From: the human T2T-CHM13v2.0 reference genome, Homo sapiens
Length of the DNA: 64,000 bases
Assembly (NCBI RefSeq): GCF_009914755.1
Contig: NC_060943.1
Reading direction: 5' to 3' (one strand)
The position numbers were made by a program, and so were the translations under genes. Below, piece by piece: positions 39,901-53,900 of this stretch. Below the pieces are notes generated by a model that saw nothing but the letters and a program-made list of their open reading frames with translations, was not told the origin of the DNA and ran no database searches. Positions within the stretch are counted from its first letter, which is position 1. Every line of letters starts with the position of its first letter.

Positions 39901-42445
39901 GTCCAATTCACAAAGTTGAACCTTTCTTTTGATAGAGCAGATTTGAAACACTGCTTTTGTAGAATCTGCTTGCGTGTATTTGGAGGGCTTTGAGGAATTG
40001 GGCGTATACGGGATATCTTCAAATACAAATTACACAGAAGCATTCTCAGAAACTGCTCTGTGATGTGTGCATTCCTCTCACAGAGTTGAAACTTTCTTTT
40101 GAGAAAGCTGTTCTGAAACAGTCTTTTTGTAGTATCTGCAAGTGGATATTTGGAGCGATTTGAGGCCTATGATGGAAAAGGAAATATGTTCACTTACAAA
40201 CTAGACAGAAGCATTCTCAGAAACTGCTTTGTGATGTGTGTGTTCAATTCACAGGGTTGACTCTTTCTTTTGATTGAGCAGTTTTGAACCACCTGTTTTG
40301 TAGAATCTGCTTGTGGATATTTGTAGCTCTTGGAGGAATTCTTTGTAAAAGGGATATCTTCACATACACACTAGTCAGAAGCATTCTCAGAAACTTCTTT
40401 GTGATGTGTGAATTGAACTCACAGAGTTGAACCTTCCTTTTGAGAGAGCCGTTTTGAAACAATCTTTTTGAAGTATCTTCAATTGGATGTTTGTAGTGAT
40501 TTGAGGCCTAAGATGGAATAGGAAATATCTTCACATACAATCTAGACAGAAGCACTCTCAGAAGCTGCTTGGTGATGTCTGCATTCAACTCACAGACTTG
40601 AACCCTTGTTTTGCAAGAGCAGTGTTGAAACACACATTTTGTACGATCTGCAAGTGTTCATTTGGAACGCTGTTGTGCCTATGGTGGATAAAGAAATATC
40701 TTCACATAAATACTAGAAAGTAGCATTCTCAGAAACTGCTTTGTGATGTGTGCATTCAACTCACAGAGTTGCACCTTCCTTTTGAGAGAGAGGTTTTGAA
40801 ACAGTCTTTTTGTAGTATCTGCAAGTGGATATTTTTAGTGATTTGAGGTGTAAGATGGAAAAGGAAATACCTTCACCTACAAACTAGACAGAAGCATTCT
40901 CAGAAACTGCTTTGTGATGTGTGCATTAAACTTACAGACTTGAAACTTTATTTTGATAGAGCAGTGTTGAAACACACTTTTTATAGAATCTGCAAGTGTT
41001 CCTTTGGAGAGCTTTGTTGCCTGTGGTGGAAAAAGGAATATGTTCACCTAGAAACTAGAAAGAAGCCTTCTCAGAAACTCCTTTGAGATGTTTGTGTCCA
41101 ATTCACAAAGTTGAACCTTTCTTTTGATAGAGCAGATTTGAAACACTGCTTTTGTAGAATCTGCTTGCGGATATTTGGCGGTCTTTTAGGAATTGGGCGT
41201 ATACGGGAGATCTTCACATACAAGTTACACAGAAGCATTCTCAGAAACTGCTTTGTGATGTGTGCATTCAACTCACAGAGTTGAAACTTTCTTTTGAGAA
41301 AGCAGTTTTGAAACAGTCTTTTTGTAGTATCTGCAAGTGGATATTTGGAGCGATTTGAGGCCTATGATGGAAAAGGAAATATGTTCACATACAAACTAGA
41401 CAGAAGCGTTCTGAGAAACTGCTTTGTGATGTGTGCATTCACCTCACAGAGTGGAACCTTTCTTTGGATAGAGCAGTTTTGAAACAGTCTTTCTCTAGTA
41501 TCTGCAAGTGTTCATTTTGAGCGCTTTGAGGCCCATGATGGAAAAGGAAATATTTTCACATAAAAACTAGACAGAAGCTTTCTCAGGAACTTCATTGAGA
41601 TGTGTGCATTAAAGTAACTGAGTTGAATACGTCTTTTGATAGAGCAGTATTGAAACACTTCTTTTGTAGAATTTGCCTGTGGATATCTGGAACTCTTTGA
41701 AGAATTCTTTGGAAACGGCTATCTTCACATAAAAAGTAGACCCAAGCATTCACAGAACGTTCTTTGTGACATGTACATTGGACTCCCAGACTTGAAACTT
41801 TCTTTTGATAGAGCAGTGTTGGAACACACTTTTTGTAGAATCTTCATGTGTTCGTTTGGAGTGCTCTGTTGCCTATGGTGGAAAAAGGAATATCTTCACC
41901 TAAAAACCAGACAGAAGCATTCTCAGAGACTGCTTTGTGATGTGTGTGTTCAATTCGCAGAGTTGAAAGTTGCTTTGGATAGAGCAGTTTTGAAACACTG
42001 CTTTTGTAGAATCTGCTTGTTGCTATTGGGGGCTCTTTGAGGAATTTGTTGTAAACGGGATATCTTCACATACAAAGTAGACAGAAGCATTCTCAGAAAC
42101 TGCTCTGTGATGTGTGCATTCAACTCACAGAGTTGAACCTTCCTTTTGCGAGAGCTGTTTTGAAGCAGTCTTTTTGTGGTATCTGCAATTGGATATTTGG
42201 ATCGATTTGAGGCCTAAGATGGAAAAGGAAATATCTTCACATACAAACTAGACAGAAGCATTCTCAGACACTGCGTTGTGATGTGTGCATTCAACTCACA
42301 GAGTTGAACCTTCCTTTTGAGAGCAGTTTTGAAACAGTCTTTTTGAAGTATCTGCAAGTGGATGTTTGGAGAGATTTGAGGCCTAAGATGGAAAAGGATA
42401 TATCTTCACCTAAAAACTAGGCAGAAGCATTCTCAGAAACTGCTT
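36991..42445 (+). repeat. HOR copy 8: 32-mer, 5455 bp
   Basis: Anchor spacing 5455. Shares the m19 and m24 variants with copy 4; first copy carrying CTTCACGTACAAGC in m14. Confidence 0.96.
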
Positions 42446-45400
42446 TGTGATGTGGGGATTCAACTCACAGGCTTGAAACTTTCTTTTGATAGAGCAGGGT
42501 TCAAACACACTTTTTGTAGAATCTGCAAGTGTTCATTTGGAGTGCTTTCTTGCCCATGGTGGAAAAAGAAATATCTTCACGTAAAAACTAGACAGAAACA
42601 TTCTCAGAAAATACTTTGTGATGTGGTTGTTCAATTCACAGGGTTGAACCTTTCTTTAGATAAAGCAGTTTTGAAACACTGCTTTTGTAGAATCTTCTTG
42701 TGGATATTTGGAGCTGTTTGAGGAATTCGTTTTAAACGGGATATCTTCACATTCAAACTAGTCAGAAGCATTCTCAGAAACTGGTTTGTGATGTGTGCAT
42801 TCTACTCACAGAGTTGAACCTTCCTTTTGAGAGAGCAGTTTTGAAACAATCTTTTTGTATTCTCTACAAGTGGATACTTGGAGCAATGGGAGGACTAAGA
42901 TTGAAAAGGAAATATCTTCACGGCCAAACTTGACAGAAGCTTTCTCAGAATCTGCTTTGTGATGTGTGCATTTACCTCACAGAGTGGAACCGTCCTTTTG
43001 ATAGAGCAGTTCTGAAACAGTCTTTTTGTAGGATCTGCGAGTGTTCATTTTGGAGCGCTTTTAAGCCTTTGGCGGAAAAGGAAATATCTTCACAAAAAAA
43101 CTAGACAGAGGCATGCTCAGGAACTTCACTGAGATGTGTGCATTCAAGTAACTGAGTTGAATCTGCCTTTTGATAGAGCAGAATTGAAACACTCCTTTTG
43201 TAGAATCTGCTTGTGGATATTTGGAACTCTTTCAGGAGTTCGTTGGCAGCTGGTATCTTCACAAAAAAAGGAGACCCAAGGATTCTCAAAAAGTTCCTTG
43301 AGATGTGTGCCTTAAACTCACAGACTTCAAACTTTCTTTTGAGAGATCAGTGTTGGAACACGCTTTTTGTAGAATCTGCAAGTGTTCATTTAGTGCGCTT
43401 TGTTGCCTATGGTGGAAAAAGAAATATCTTCAAATGAAAACTAGACAGAAACATTCTCAGAAACTCCTTTGTGAAGTGTGTGTCAAATTCACAGAATTGA
43501 AATATTCCTTTGATAGCGCAGCTTTGAAACACCGCTTTTATAGGATCTGCTTGTGGATATCTGGAGCTCTTTGAGGAATTTGTTGTAAACGGGATATCTT
43601 CACATACAAAGTAGACAGAAGCATTCTCAGAAACTGCTTTGTGATGTGTGCATTCCAATCACAGACTTCAACCTTTCTTTTGAAAGAGCAGTGTTCAAAC
43701 ACACATTTTGTAGGATGTGCAAGTGTTCACTTGGAGCGCTTTTTTGCCTATGGTGGAAAAAGAAATATCTTCACATAAATACTAGACAGAAGCATTCTCA
43801 GAAACGCCTTAGTGATGTGTTTGTTCTATTCAGAGAGTTGAACCTTTCTTTTGATAGAGCAGTTTTGATACACTGCTTCTGTAGAATCTGCTTGTGGATA
43901 TTTGGAGCTCTTTGAGGAATTCGTTGTAAACGGGATATCTTCACATACAAACTAGACAGAAGCATTCTCAGAAACTGCTTTGTGGTGTGTGCATTCAACT
44001 CACAGAGTTGAACCTTCCTTCTGAGAGAGCAGTTTTTAAACAGTCTCTTTGAAATATCTGCAAGTGGATATTTGGAGCGATGGGAAGTCTAAGTTTGAAA
44101 AGGAAATATCCTCACATACAAACTAGACAGAAGCAATCTCATTAACTGCTTTGCGATGTGTGCATTCAGCTCACAGAGTTGAACCTTCCTTTTGAGAGAG
44201 CAGTTTTGAAACAGTTTTTTGTAGTATCCTCAAGTGGATATATGGAGCGATGTGAGGCTTAAGATGGAAACGGGAATATCTTCACATGCAAACTAGAAAG
44301 AAGCATTCTCAGAAACTGCTTTGTGATGGGTGCATTCAACTCAGAGACTTGAACATTTCTTTAGACGGAGCAGTGTTGAAACACACATATGCAGAATCTG
44401 CAAGAGTTCATTTGGAGCGCTTTGATGCCTATGGTGGAAAAAGAAATATCTTCACATAAAGACTAGAAAGAAGCGTTCTCCGAAACTCCTTTGTGATATA
44501 TGTGTTCAGTTCACAGAGTTGAACCTTTCTTTTGATTGAGCAGTTTTGAAACACTGCTTTTCTAGAATCTGCTTTTGGATATTTGAAGCTCTTTGACGAA
44601 TTCGCTGTCAATGTTATATCTTCACATACAAACTAGACAGAAGCATTCTCAGAAACTGCTTTTTGATGTGTGCATTCAACACACGGAGTTGAACCTTCCT
44701 TCTGAGAACAGTTTTGAAGCAGTCTTTTTGTGGTATCTGCAAGTCGATATTTGGAACGATTTGGGACCTATGAGGGAAAAGGAACTATCTTCACGTACAA
44801 GCTAGACAGAAGCATTCTCAGAAACTGCTTTGTGATGTGTGCATTCAACACACGGAGTTGAGCCTTCCTTCTGAGAGAACGGTTTTCAAACAGTCTTTTT
44901 GTAGTATCTGCAAGTCGATATTTGGAACGATTTGAGGCCTATGAGGGAAAAGGAACTATCTTCACATACAAACTAGACAGAAGCATGCTCAGAAACTGCT
45001 GTGTGATGTGTGCATTCAACTCACAGAGTTGAACCTTCCTTTTGAGAGAGACGTTTTGAAACAGTCTTTTTGTAGTATGTACAGGTGGATATTTTTGGTG
45101 CTTTGAGGTCTAAGATGGAAAAGGAAATACCTTCACCTACAAACTAGACAGAAGCATTCTCAGAAACTGCTTTGTGATGTGTGCATTAAACTTACAGACT
45201 TGAAACCTTATTTAGATAGAGCAGTGTTGAAACACACTTTTTATAGAATCTGCAAGTGTTCATTTGGAGAGCTTTGTTGCCTGTGGTGGAAAAAGAAATG
45301 TGTTCACATACAAACTAGAAAGAAGCCTTCTCAGAAACTCCTTTGAGATGTTTGTGTCCAATTCACAAAGTTGAACCTTTCTTTTGATAGAGCAGATTTG

Positions 45401-47901
45401 AAACACTGCTTTTGTAGAATCTGCTTGCATTTTTTTTGGAGGTCTTTGAGGAATTGGGCGTATACGGGATATCTTCACATACAAATTACACAGAAGCATT
45501 CTCAGAAACTGCTCTGTGATGTGTGCATTCCTCTCACAGAGTTGAAACTTTCTTTTGAGAAAGCTGTTCTGAAACAGTCTTTTTGTAGTATCTGCAAGTG
45601 GATATTTGGAGCGATTTGAGGCCTATGATGGAAAAGGAAATATGTTCACTTACAAACTAGACAGAAGCATTCTCAGAAACTGCTTTGTGATGTGTGTGTT
45701 CAATTCACAGGGTTGACTCTTTCTTTTGATTGAGCAGTTTTGAACCACCTGTTTTGTAGAATCTGCTTGTGGATATTTGTAGCTCTTGGAGGAATTCTTT
45801 GTAAAAGGGATATCTTCACATACACACTAGTCAGAAGCATTCTCAGAAACTTCTTTGTGATGTGTGAATTGAACTCACAGAGTTGAACCTTCCTTTTGAG
45901 AGAGCCGTTTTGAAACAATCTTTTTGAAGTATCTTCAATTGGATGTTTGTAGTGATTTGAGGCCTAAGATGGAAGAGGAAATATCTTCACATACAATCTA
46001 GACAGAAGCACTCTCAGAAGCTGCTTGGTGATGTCTGCATTCAACTCACAGACTTGAACCCTTGTTTTGAAAGAGCAGTGTTGAAACACACATTTTGTAC
46101 GATCTGCAAGTGTTCATTTGGAACGCTGTTGTGCCTATGGTGGATAAAGAAATATCTTCACATAAATACTAGAAAGTAGCATTCTCAGAAACTGCTTTGT
46201 GATGTGTGCATTCAACTCACAGAGTTGCACCTTCCTTTTGAGAGAGAGGTTTTGAAACAGTCTTTTTGTAGTATCTGCAAGTGGATATTTTTAGTGATTT
46301 GAGGTCTAAGATGGAAAAGGAAATACCTTCACCTACAAACTAGACAGAAGCATTCTCAGAAACTGCTTTGTGATGTGTGCATTAAACTTACAGACTTGAA
46401 ACTTTATTTTGATAGAGCAGTGTTGAAACACACTTTTTATAGAATCTGCAAGTGTTCATTTGGAGAGCTTTGTTGCCTGTGGTGGAAAAAGGAATATGTT
46501 CACCTAGAAACTAGAAAGAAGCCTTCTCAGAAACTCCTTTGAGATGTTTGTGTCCAATTCACAAAGTTGAACCTTTCTTTTGATAGAGCAGATTTGAAAC
46601 ACTGCTTTTGTAGAATCTGCTTGCGGATATTTGGCGGTCTTTTAGGAATTGGGCGTATACGGGAGATCTTCACATACAAGTTACACAGAAGCATTCTCAG
46701 AAACTGCTTTGTGATGTGTGCATTCAACTCACAGAGTTGAAACTTTCTTTTGAGAAAGCAGTTTTGAAACAGTCTTTTTGTAGTATCTGCAAGTGGATAT
46801 TTGGAGCGATTTGAGGCCTATGATGGAAAAGGAAATATGTTCACATACAAACTAGACAGAAGCGTTCTGAGAAACTGCTTTGTGATGTGTGCATTCACCT
46901 CACAGAGTGGAACCTTTCTTTGGATAGAGCAGTTTTGAAACAGTCTTTCTCTAGTATCTGCAAGTGTTCATTTTGAGCGCTTTGAGGCCCATGATGGAAA
47001 AGGAAATATTTTCACATAAAAACTAGACAGAAGCTTTCTCAGGAACTTCATTGAGATGTGTGCATTAAAGTAACTGAGTTGAATACGTCTTTTGATAGAG
47101 CAGTATTGAAACACTTCTTTTGTAGAATCTGCCTGTGGATATCTGGAACTCTTTGAAGAATTCTTTGGAAACGGCTATCTTCACATAAAAAGTAGACCCA
47201 AGCATTCACAGAACGTTCTTTGTGACATGTACATTGGACTCCCAGACTTGAAACTTTCTTTTGATAGAGCAGTGTTGGAACACACTTTTTGTAGAATCTT
47301 CATGTGTTCGTTTGGAGTGCTCTGTTGCCTATGGTGGAAAAAGGAATATCTTCACCTAAAAACCAGACAGAAGCATTCTCAGAGACTGCTTTGTGATGTG
47401 TGTGTTCAATTCGCAGAGTTGAAAGTTGCTTTGGATAGAGCAGTTTTGAAACACTGCTTTTGTAGAATCTGCTTGTTGCTATTGGGGGCTCTTTGAGGAA
47501 TTTGTTGTAAACGGGATATCTTCACATACAAAGTAGACAGAAGCATTCTCAGAAACTGCTCTGTGATGTGTGCATTCAACTCACAGAGTTGAACCTTCCT
47601 TTTGCGAGAGCTGTTTTGAAGCAGTCTTTTTGTGGTATCTGCAATTGGATATTTGGATCGATTTGAGGCCTAAGATGGAAAAGGAAATATCTTCACATAC
47701 AAACTAGACAGAAGCATTCTCAGACACTGCGTTGTGATGTGTGCATTCAACTCACAGAGTTGAACCTTCCTTTTGAGAGCAGTTTTGAAACAGTCTTTTT
47801 GAAGTATCTGCAAGTGGATGTTTGGAGAGATTTGAGGCCTAAGATGGAAAAGGATATATCTTCACCTAAAAACTAGGCAGAAGCATTCTCAGAAACTGCT
47901 T
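42446..47901 (+). repeat. HOR copy 9: 32-mer, 5456 bp (+1 bp in a T-run in m18)
   Basis: Anchor spacing 42452 to 47908 = 5456; T8 run at 45430-45437. Confidence 0.96.
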
Positions 47902-50900
47902 TGTGATGTGGGGATTCAACTCACAGGCTTGAAACTTTCTTTTGATAGAGCAGGGTTCAAACACACTTTTTGTAGAATCTGCAAGTGTTCATTTGGAGTG
48001 CTTTCTTGCCCATGGTGGAAAAAGAAATATCTTCACGTAAAAACTAGACAGAAACATTCTCAGAAAATACTTTGTGATGTGGTTGTTCAATTCACAGGGT
48101 TGAACCTTTCTTTAGATAAAGCAGTTTTGAAACACTGCTTTTGTAGAATCTTCTTGTGGATATTTGGAGCTGTTTGAGGAATTCGTTTTAAACGGGATAT
48201 CTTCACATTCAAACTAGTCAGAAGCTTTCTCAGAAACTTCTTTGTGATGTGTGAATTGAATTCACAGAGTTGAATCTTCCTTTTGAGAGAGCCGTTTTGA
48301 AACAATCTTTTTGAAGTATCTTCAATTGGATGTTTGTAGTGATTTGAGGCCTAAGATGGAAAAGGAAATATCTTCACGGCCAAACTTGACAGAAGCTTTC
48401 TCAGAATCTGCTTTGTGATGTGTGCATTTACCTCACAGAGTGGAACCGTCCTTTTGATAGAGCAGTTCTGAAACAGTCTTTTTGTAGGATCTGCGAGTGT
48501 TCATTTTGGAGCGCTTTTAAGCCTTTGGCGGAAAAGGAAATATCTTCACAAAAAAACTAGACAGAGGCATGCTCAGGAACTTCACTGAGATGTGTGCATT
48601 CAAGTAACTGAGTTGAATCTGCCTTTTGATAGAGCAGAATTGAAACACTCCTTTTGTAGAATCTGCTTGTGGATATTTGGAACTCTTTCAGGAGTTCGTT
48701 GGCAGCTGGTATCTTCACAAAAAAAGGAGACCCAAGGATTCTCAAAAAGTTCCTTGAGATGTGTGCCTTAAACTCACAGACTTCAAACTTTCTTTTGAGA
48801 GATCAGTGTTGGAACACGCTTTTTGTAGAATCTGCAAGTGTTCATTTAGTGCGCTTTGTTGCCTATGGTGGAAAAAGAAATATCTTCAAATGAAAACTAG
48901 ACAGAAACATTCTCAGAAACTCCTTTGTGAAGTGTGTGTCAAATTCACAGAATTGAAATATTCCTTTGATAGCGCAGCTTTGAAACACCGCTTTTATAGG
49001 ATCTGCTTGTGGATATCTGGAGCTCTTTGAGGAATTTGTTGTAAACGGGATATCTTCACATACAAAGTAGACAGAAGCATTCTCAGAAACTGCTTTGTGA
49101 TGTGTGCATTCCAATCACAGACTTCAACCTTTCTTTTGAAAGAGCAGTGTTCAAACACACATTTTGTAGGATGTGCAAGTGTTCACTTGGAGCGCTTTTT
49201 TGCCTATGGTGGAAAAAGAAATATCTTCACATAAATACTAGACAGAAGCATTCTCAGAAACGCCTTAGTGATGTGTTTGTTCTATTCAGAGAGTTGAACC
49301 TTTCTTTTGATAGAGCAGTTTTGATACACTGCTTCTGTAGAATCTGCTTGTGGATATTTGGAGCTCTTTGAGGAATTCGTTGTAAACGGGATATCTTCAC
49401 ATACAAACTAGACAGAAGCATTCTCAGAAACTGCTTTGTGGTGTGTGCATTCAACTCACAGAGTTGAACCTTCCTTCTGAGAGAGCAGTTTTTAAACAGT
49501 CTCTTTGAAATATCTGCAAGTGGATATTTGGAGCGATGGGAAGTCTAAGTTTGAAAAGGAAATATCCTCACATACAAACTAGACAGAAGCAATCTCATTA
49601 ACTGCTTTGCGATGTGTGCATTCAGCTCACAGAGTTGAACCTTCCTTTTGAGAGAGCAGTTTTGAAACAGTTTTTTGTAGTATCCTCAAGTGGATATATG
49701 GAGCGATGTGAGGCTTAAGATGGAAACGGGAATATCTTCACATGCAAACTAGAAAGAAGCATTCTCAGAAACTGCTTTGTGATGGGTGCATTCAACTCAG
49801 AGACTTGAACATTTCTTTAGACGGAGCAGTGTTGAAACACACATATGCAGAATCTGCAAGAGTTCATTTGGAGCGCTTTGATGCCTATGGTGGAAAAAGA
49901 AATATCTTCACATAAAGACTAGAAAGAAGCGTTCTCCGAAACTCCTTTGTGATATATGTGTTCAGTTCACAGAGTTGAAGCTTTCTTTTGATTGAGCAGT
50001 TTTGAAACACTGCTTTTCTAGAATCTGCTTTTGGATATTTGAAGCTCTTTGACGAATTCGCTGTCAATGTTATATCTTCACATACAAACTAGACAGAAGC
50101 ATTCTCAGAAACTGCTTTTTGATGTGTGCATTCAACACACGGAGTTGAACCTTCCTTCTGAGAACAGTTTTGAAGCAGTCTTTTTGTGGTATCTGCAAGT
50201 CGATATTTGGAACGATTTGGGACCTATGAGGGAAAAGGAACTATCTTCACGTACAAGCTAGACAGAAGCATTCTCAGAAACTGCTTTGTGATGTGTGCAT
50301 TCAACACACGGAGTTGAACCTTCCTTCTGAGAGAACGGTTTTCAAACAGTCTTTTTGTAGTATCTGCAAGTTGATATTTTTAACGATTTGAGGCCTATGA
50401 GGGAAAAGGAACTATCTTCACATACAAACTAGACAGAAGCATGCTCAGAAACTGCTGTGTGATGTGTGCATTCAACTCACAGAGTTGAACCTTCCTTTTG
50501 AGAGAGACGTTTTGAAACAGTCTTTTTGTAGTATGTACAGGTGGATATTTTTGGTGCTTTGAGGTCTAAGATGGAAAAGGGAATACCTTCACATACAAAC
50601 TAGACAGAAGCATTCTCAGAAACTGCTTTGTGATGTGTGCATTAAACTTACAGACTTGAAACCTTATTTTGATAGAGCAGTGTTGAAACACACTTTTTAT
50701 AGAACCTGCAAGTGTTCATTTGGAGAGCTTTGTTGCCTGTGGTGGAAAAAGAAATGTGTTCACATACAAACTAGAAAGAAGCCTTCTCAGAAACTCCTTT
50801 GAGATGTTTGTGTCTAATTCACAAAGTTGAACCTTTCTTTTGGTAGAGCAGATTTGAAACACTGCTTTTGTAGAATCTGCTTGCGTGTATTAGGAGGTCT

Positions 50901-53900
50901 TTGAGGAATTGGGCGTATACGGGATATCTTCACATACAAATTACACAGAAGCATTCTCAGAAACTGCTCTGTGATGTGTGCATTCAACTCACAGAGTTGA
51001 AACTTTCTTTGGAGAAAGCTGTTCTGAAACAGTCTTTTTGTAGTATCTGCAAGTGGATATTTGGAGCGATTTCAGGCCTATGATGGAAAAGGAAATATGT
51101 TCACATACAAACTAGACAGAAGCAATCTCAGAAACTGCTTTGTGATGTGTGTGTTCAATTCACAGGGTTGACTATTTCTTTTGATTGAGCAGTTTTGAAC
51201 CACCTGTTTTGTAGAATCTGCTTGTGGATATTTGTAGCTCTTGGAGGAATTCTTTGTAAAAGGGATATCTGCACATACACACTAGTCAGAAGCATTCTCA
51301 GAAACTTCTTTGTGATGTGTGAATTGAATTCACAGAGTTGAACCTTCCTTTTGAGAGAGCCGTTTTGAAACAATCTTTTTGAAGTATCTTCAATTGGATG
51401 TTTGTAGTGATTTGAGGCCTAAGATGGAAAAGGAAATATCTTCACATACAATCTAGACAGAGGCACTCTCAGAAGCTGCTTGGTGATGTCTGCATTCAAC
51501 TCACAGACTTGAACCCTTGTTTTGAAAGAGCAGTGTTGAAACACACATTTTGTACGATCTGCAAGTGTTCATTTGGAGCGCTTTTGTGCCTATGGTGGAT
51601 AAAGAAATATCTTCACATAAATACTAGACAGAAGCATTCTCAGAAACTGCTTTGTGATGTGTGCATTCAACTCACAGAGTTGCACCTTCCTTTTGAGAGA
51701 GAGGTTTTGAAACAGTCTTTTTGTAGTATCTGCAAGTGGATATTTTTAGTGATTTGAGGTCTAAGATGGAAAAGGAAGTACCTTCACCTACAAACTAGAC
51801 AGAAGCATTCTCAGAAACTGCTTTGTGATGTGTGCATTCAACTTACAGACTTGAAACTTTATTTTGATAGAGCAGTGTTGAAACACACTTTTTATAGAAT
51901 CTGCAAGTGTTCATTTGGAGAGCTTTGTTGCCTCTGGTGGAAAAAGGAATATGTTCACATAGAAACTAGAAAGAAGCATTCTCAGAAACTCCTTTTCGAT
52001 GTTTGTGTCCAATTCACAAAGTTGAACCTTTCTTTTGATAAAGCAGATTTGAAACACTGCTTTTGTAGAATCTGCTTGCATTTTTTTTGGAGGTCTTTGA
52101 GGAATTGGGCGTATACGGGATATCTTCACATACAAATTACACAGAAGCATTCTCAGAAACTGCTCTGTGATGTGTGCATTCCTCTCACAGAGTTGAAACT
52201 TTCTTTTGAGAAAGCTGTTCTGAAACAGTCTTTTTGTAGTATCTGCAAGTGGATATTTGGAGCGATTTGAGGCCTATGATGGAAAAGGAAATATGTTCAC
52301 TTACAAACTAGACAGAAGCATTCTCAGAAACTGCTTTGTGATGTGTGTGTTCAATTCACAGGGTTGACTCTTTCTTTTGATTGAGCAGTTTTGAACCACC
52401 TGTTTTGTAGAATCTGCTTGTGGATATTTGTAGCTCTTGGAGGAATTCTTTGTAAAAGGGATATCTTCACATACACACTAGTCAGAAGCATTCTCAGAAA
52501 CTTCTTTGTGATGTGTGAATTGAACTCACAGAGTTGAACCTTCCTTTTGAGAGAGCCGTTTTGAAACAATCTTTTTGAAGTATCTTCAATTGGATGTTTG
52601 TAGTGATTTGAGGCCTAAGATGGAAGAGGAAATATCTTCACATACAATCTAGACAGAAGCACTCTCAGAAGCTGCTTGGTGATGTCTGCATTCAACTCAC
52701 AGACTTGAACCCTTGTTTTGAAAGAGCAGTGTTGAAACACACATTTTGTACGATCTGCAAGTGTTCATTTGGAACGCTGTTGTGCCTATGGTGGATAAAG
52801 AAATATCTTCACATAAATACTAGAAAGTAGCATTCTCAGAAACTGCTTTGTGATGTGTGCATTCAACTCACAGAGTTGCACCTTCCTTTTGAGAGAGAGG
52901 TTTTGAAACAGTCTTTTTGTAGTATCTGCAAGTGGATATTTTTAGTGATTTGAGGTCTAAGATGGAAAAGGAAATACCTTCACCTACAAACTAGACAGAA
53001 GCATTCTCAGAAACTGCTTTGTGATGTGTGCATTAAACTTACAGACTTGAAACTTTATTTTGATAGAGCAGTGTTGAAACACACTTTTTATAGAATCTGC
53101 AAGTGTTCATTTGGAGAGCTTTGTTGCCTGTGGTGGAAAAAGGAATATGTTCACCTAGAAACTAGAAAGAAGCCTTCTCAGAAACTCCTTTGAGATGTTT
53201 GTGTCCAATTCACAAAGTTGAACCTTTCTTTTGATAGAGCAGATTTGAAACACTGCTTTTGTAGAATCTGCTTGCGGATATTTGGCGGTCTTTTAGGAAT
53301 TGGGCGTATACGGGAGATCTTCACATACAAGTTACACAGAAGCATTCTCAGAAACTGCTTTGTGATGTGTGCATTCAACTCACAGAGTTGAAACTTTCTT
53401 TTGAGAAAGCAGTTTTGAAACAGTCTTTTTGTAGTATCTGCAAGTGGATATTTGGAGCGATTTGAGGCCTATGATGGAAAAGGAAATATGTTCACATACA
53501 AACTAGACAGAAGCGTTCTGAGAAACTGCTTTGTGATGTGTGCATTCACCTCACAGAGTGGAACCTTTCTTTGGATAGAGCAGTTTTGAAACAGTCTTTC
53601 TCTAGTATCTGCAAGTGTTCATTTTGAGCGCTTTGAGGCCCATGATGGAAAAGGAAATATTTTCACATAAAAACTAGACAGAAGCTTTCTCAGGAACTTC
53701 ATTGAGATGTGTGCATTAAAGTAACTGAGTTGAATACGTCTTTTGATAGAGCAGTATTGAAACACTTCTTTTGTAGAATCTGCCTGTGGATATCTGGAAC
53801 TCTTTGAAGAATTCTTTGGAAACGGCTATCTTCACATAAAAAGTAGACCCAAGCATTCACAGAACGTTCTTTGTGACATGTACATTGGACTCCCAGACTT

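Noticed and set aside
51830-52270. Longest ORF (146 aa), unique in the window
   Set aside because: It is an accidental read-through made by the m25::m18 duplication junction plus the +1 T-run frameshift; the content is still satellite translation.
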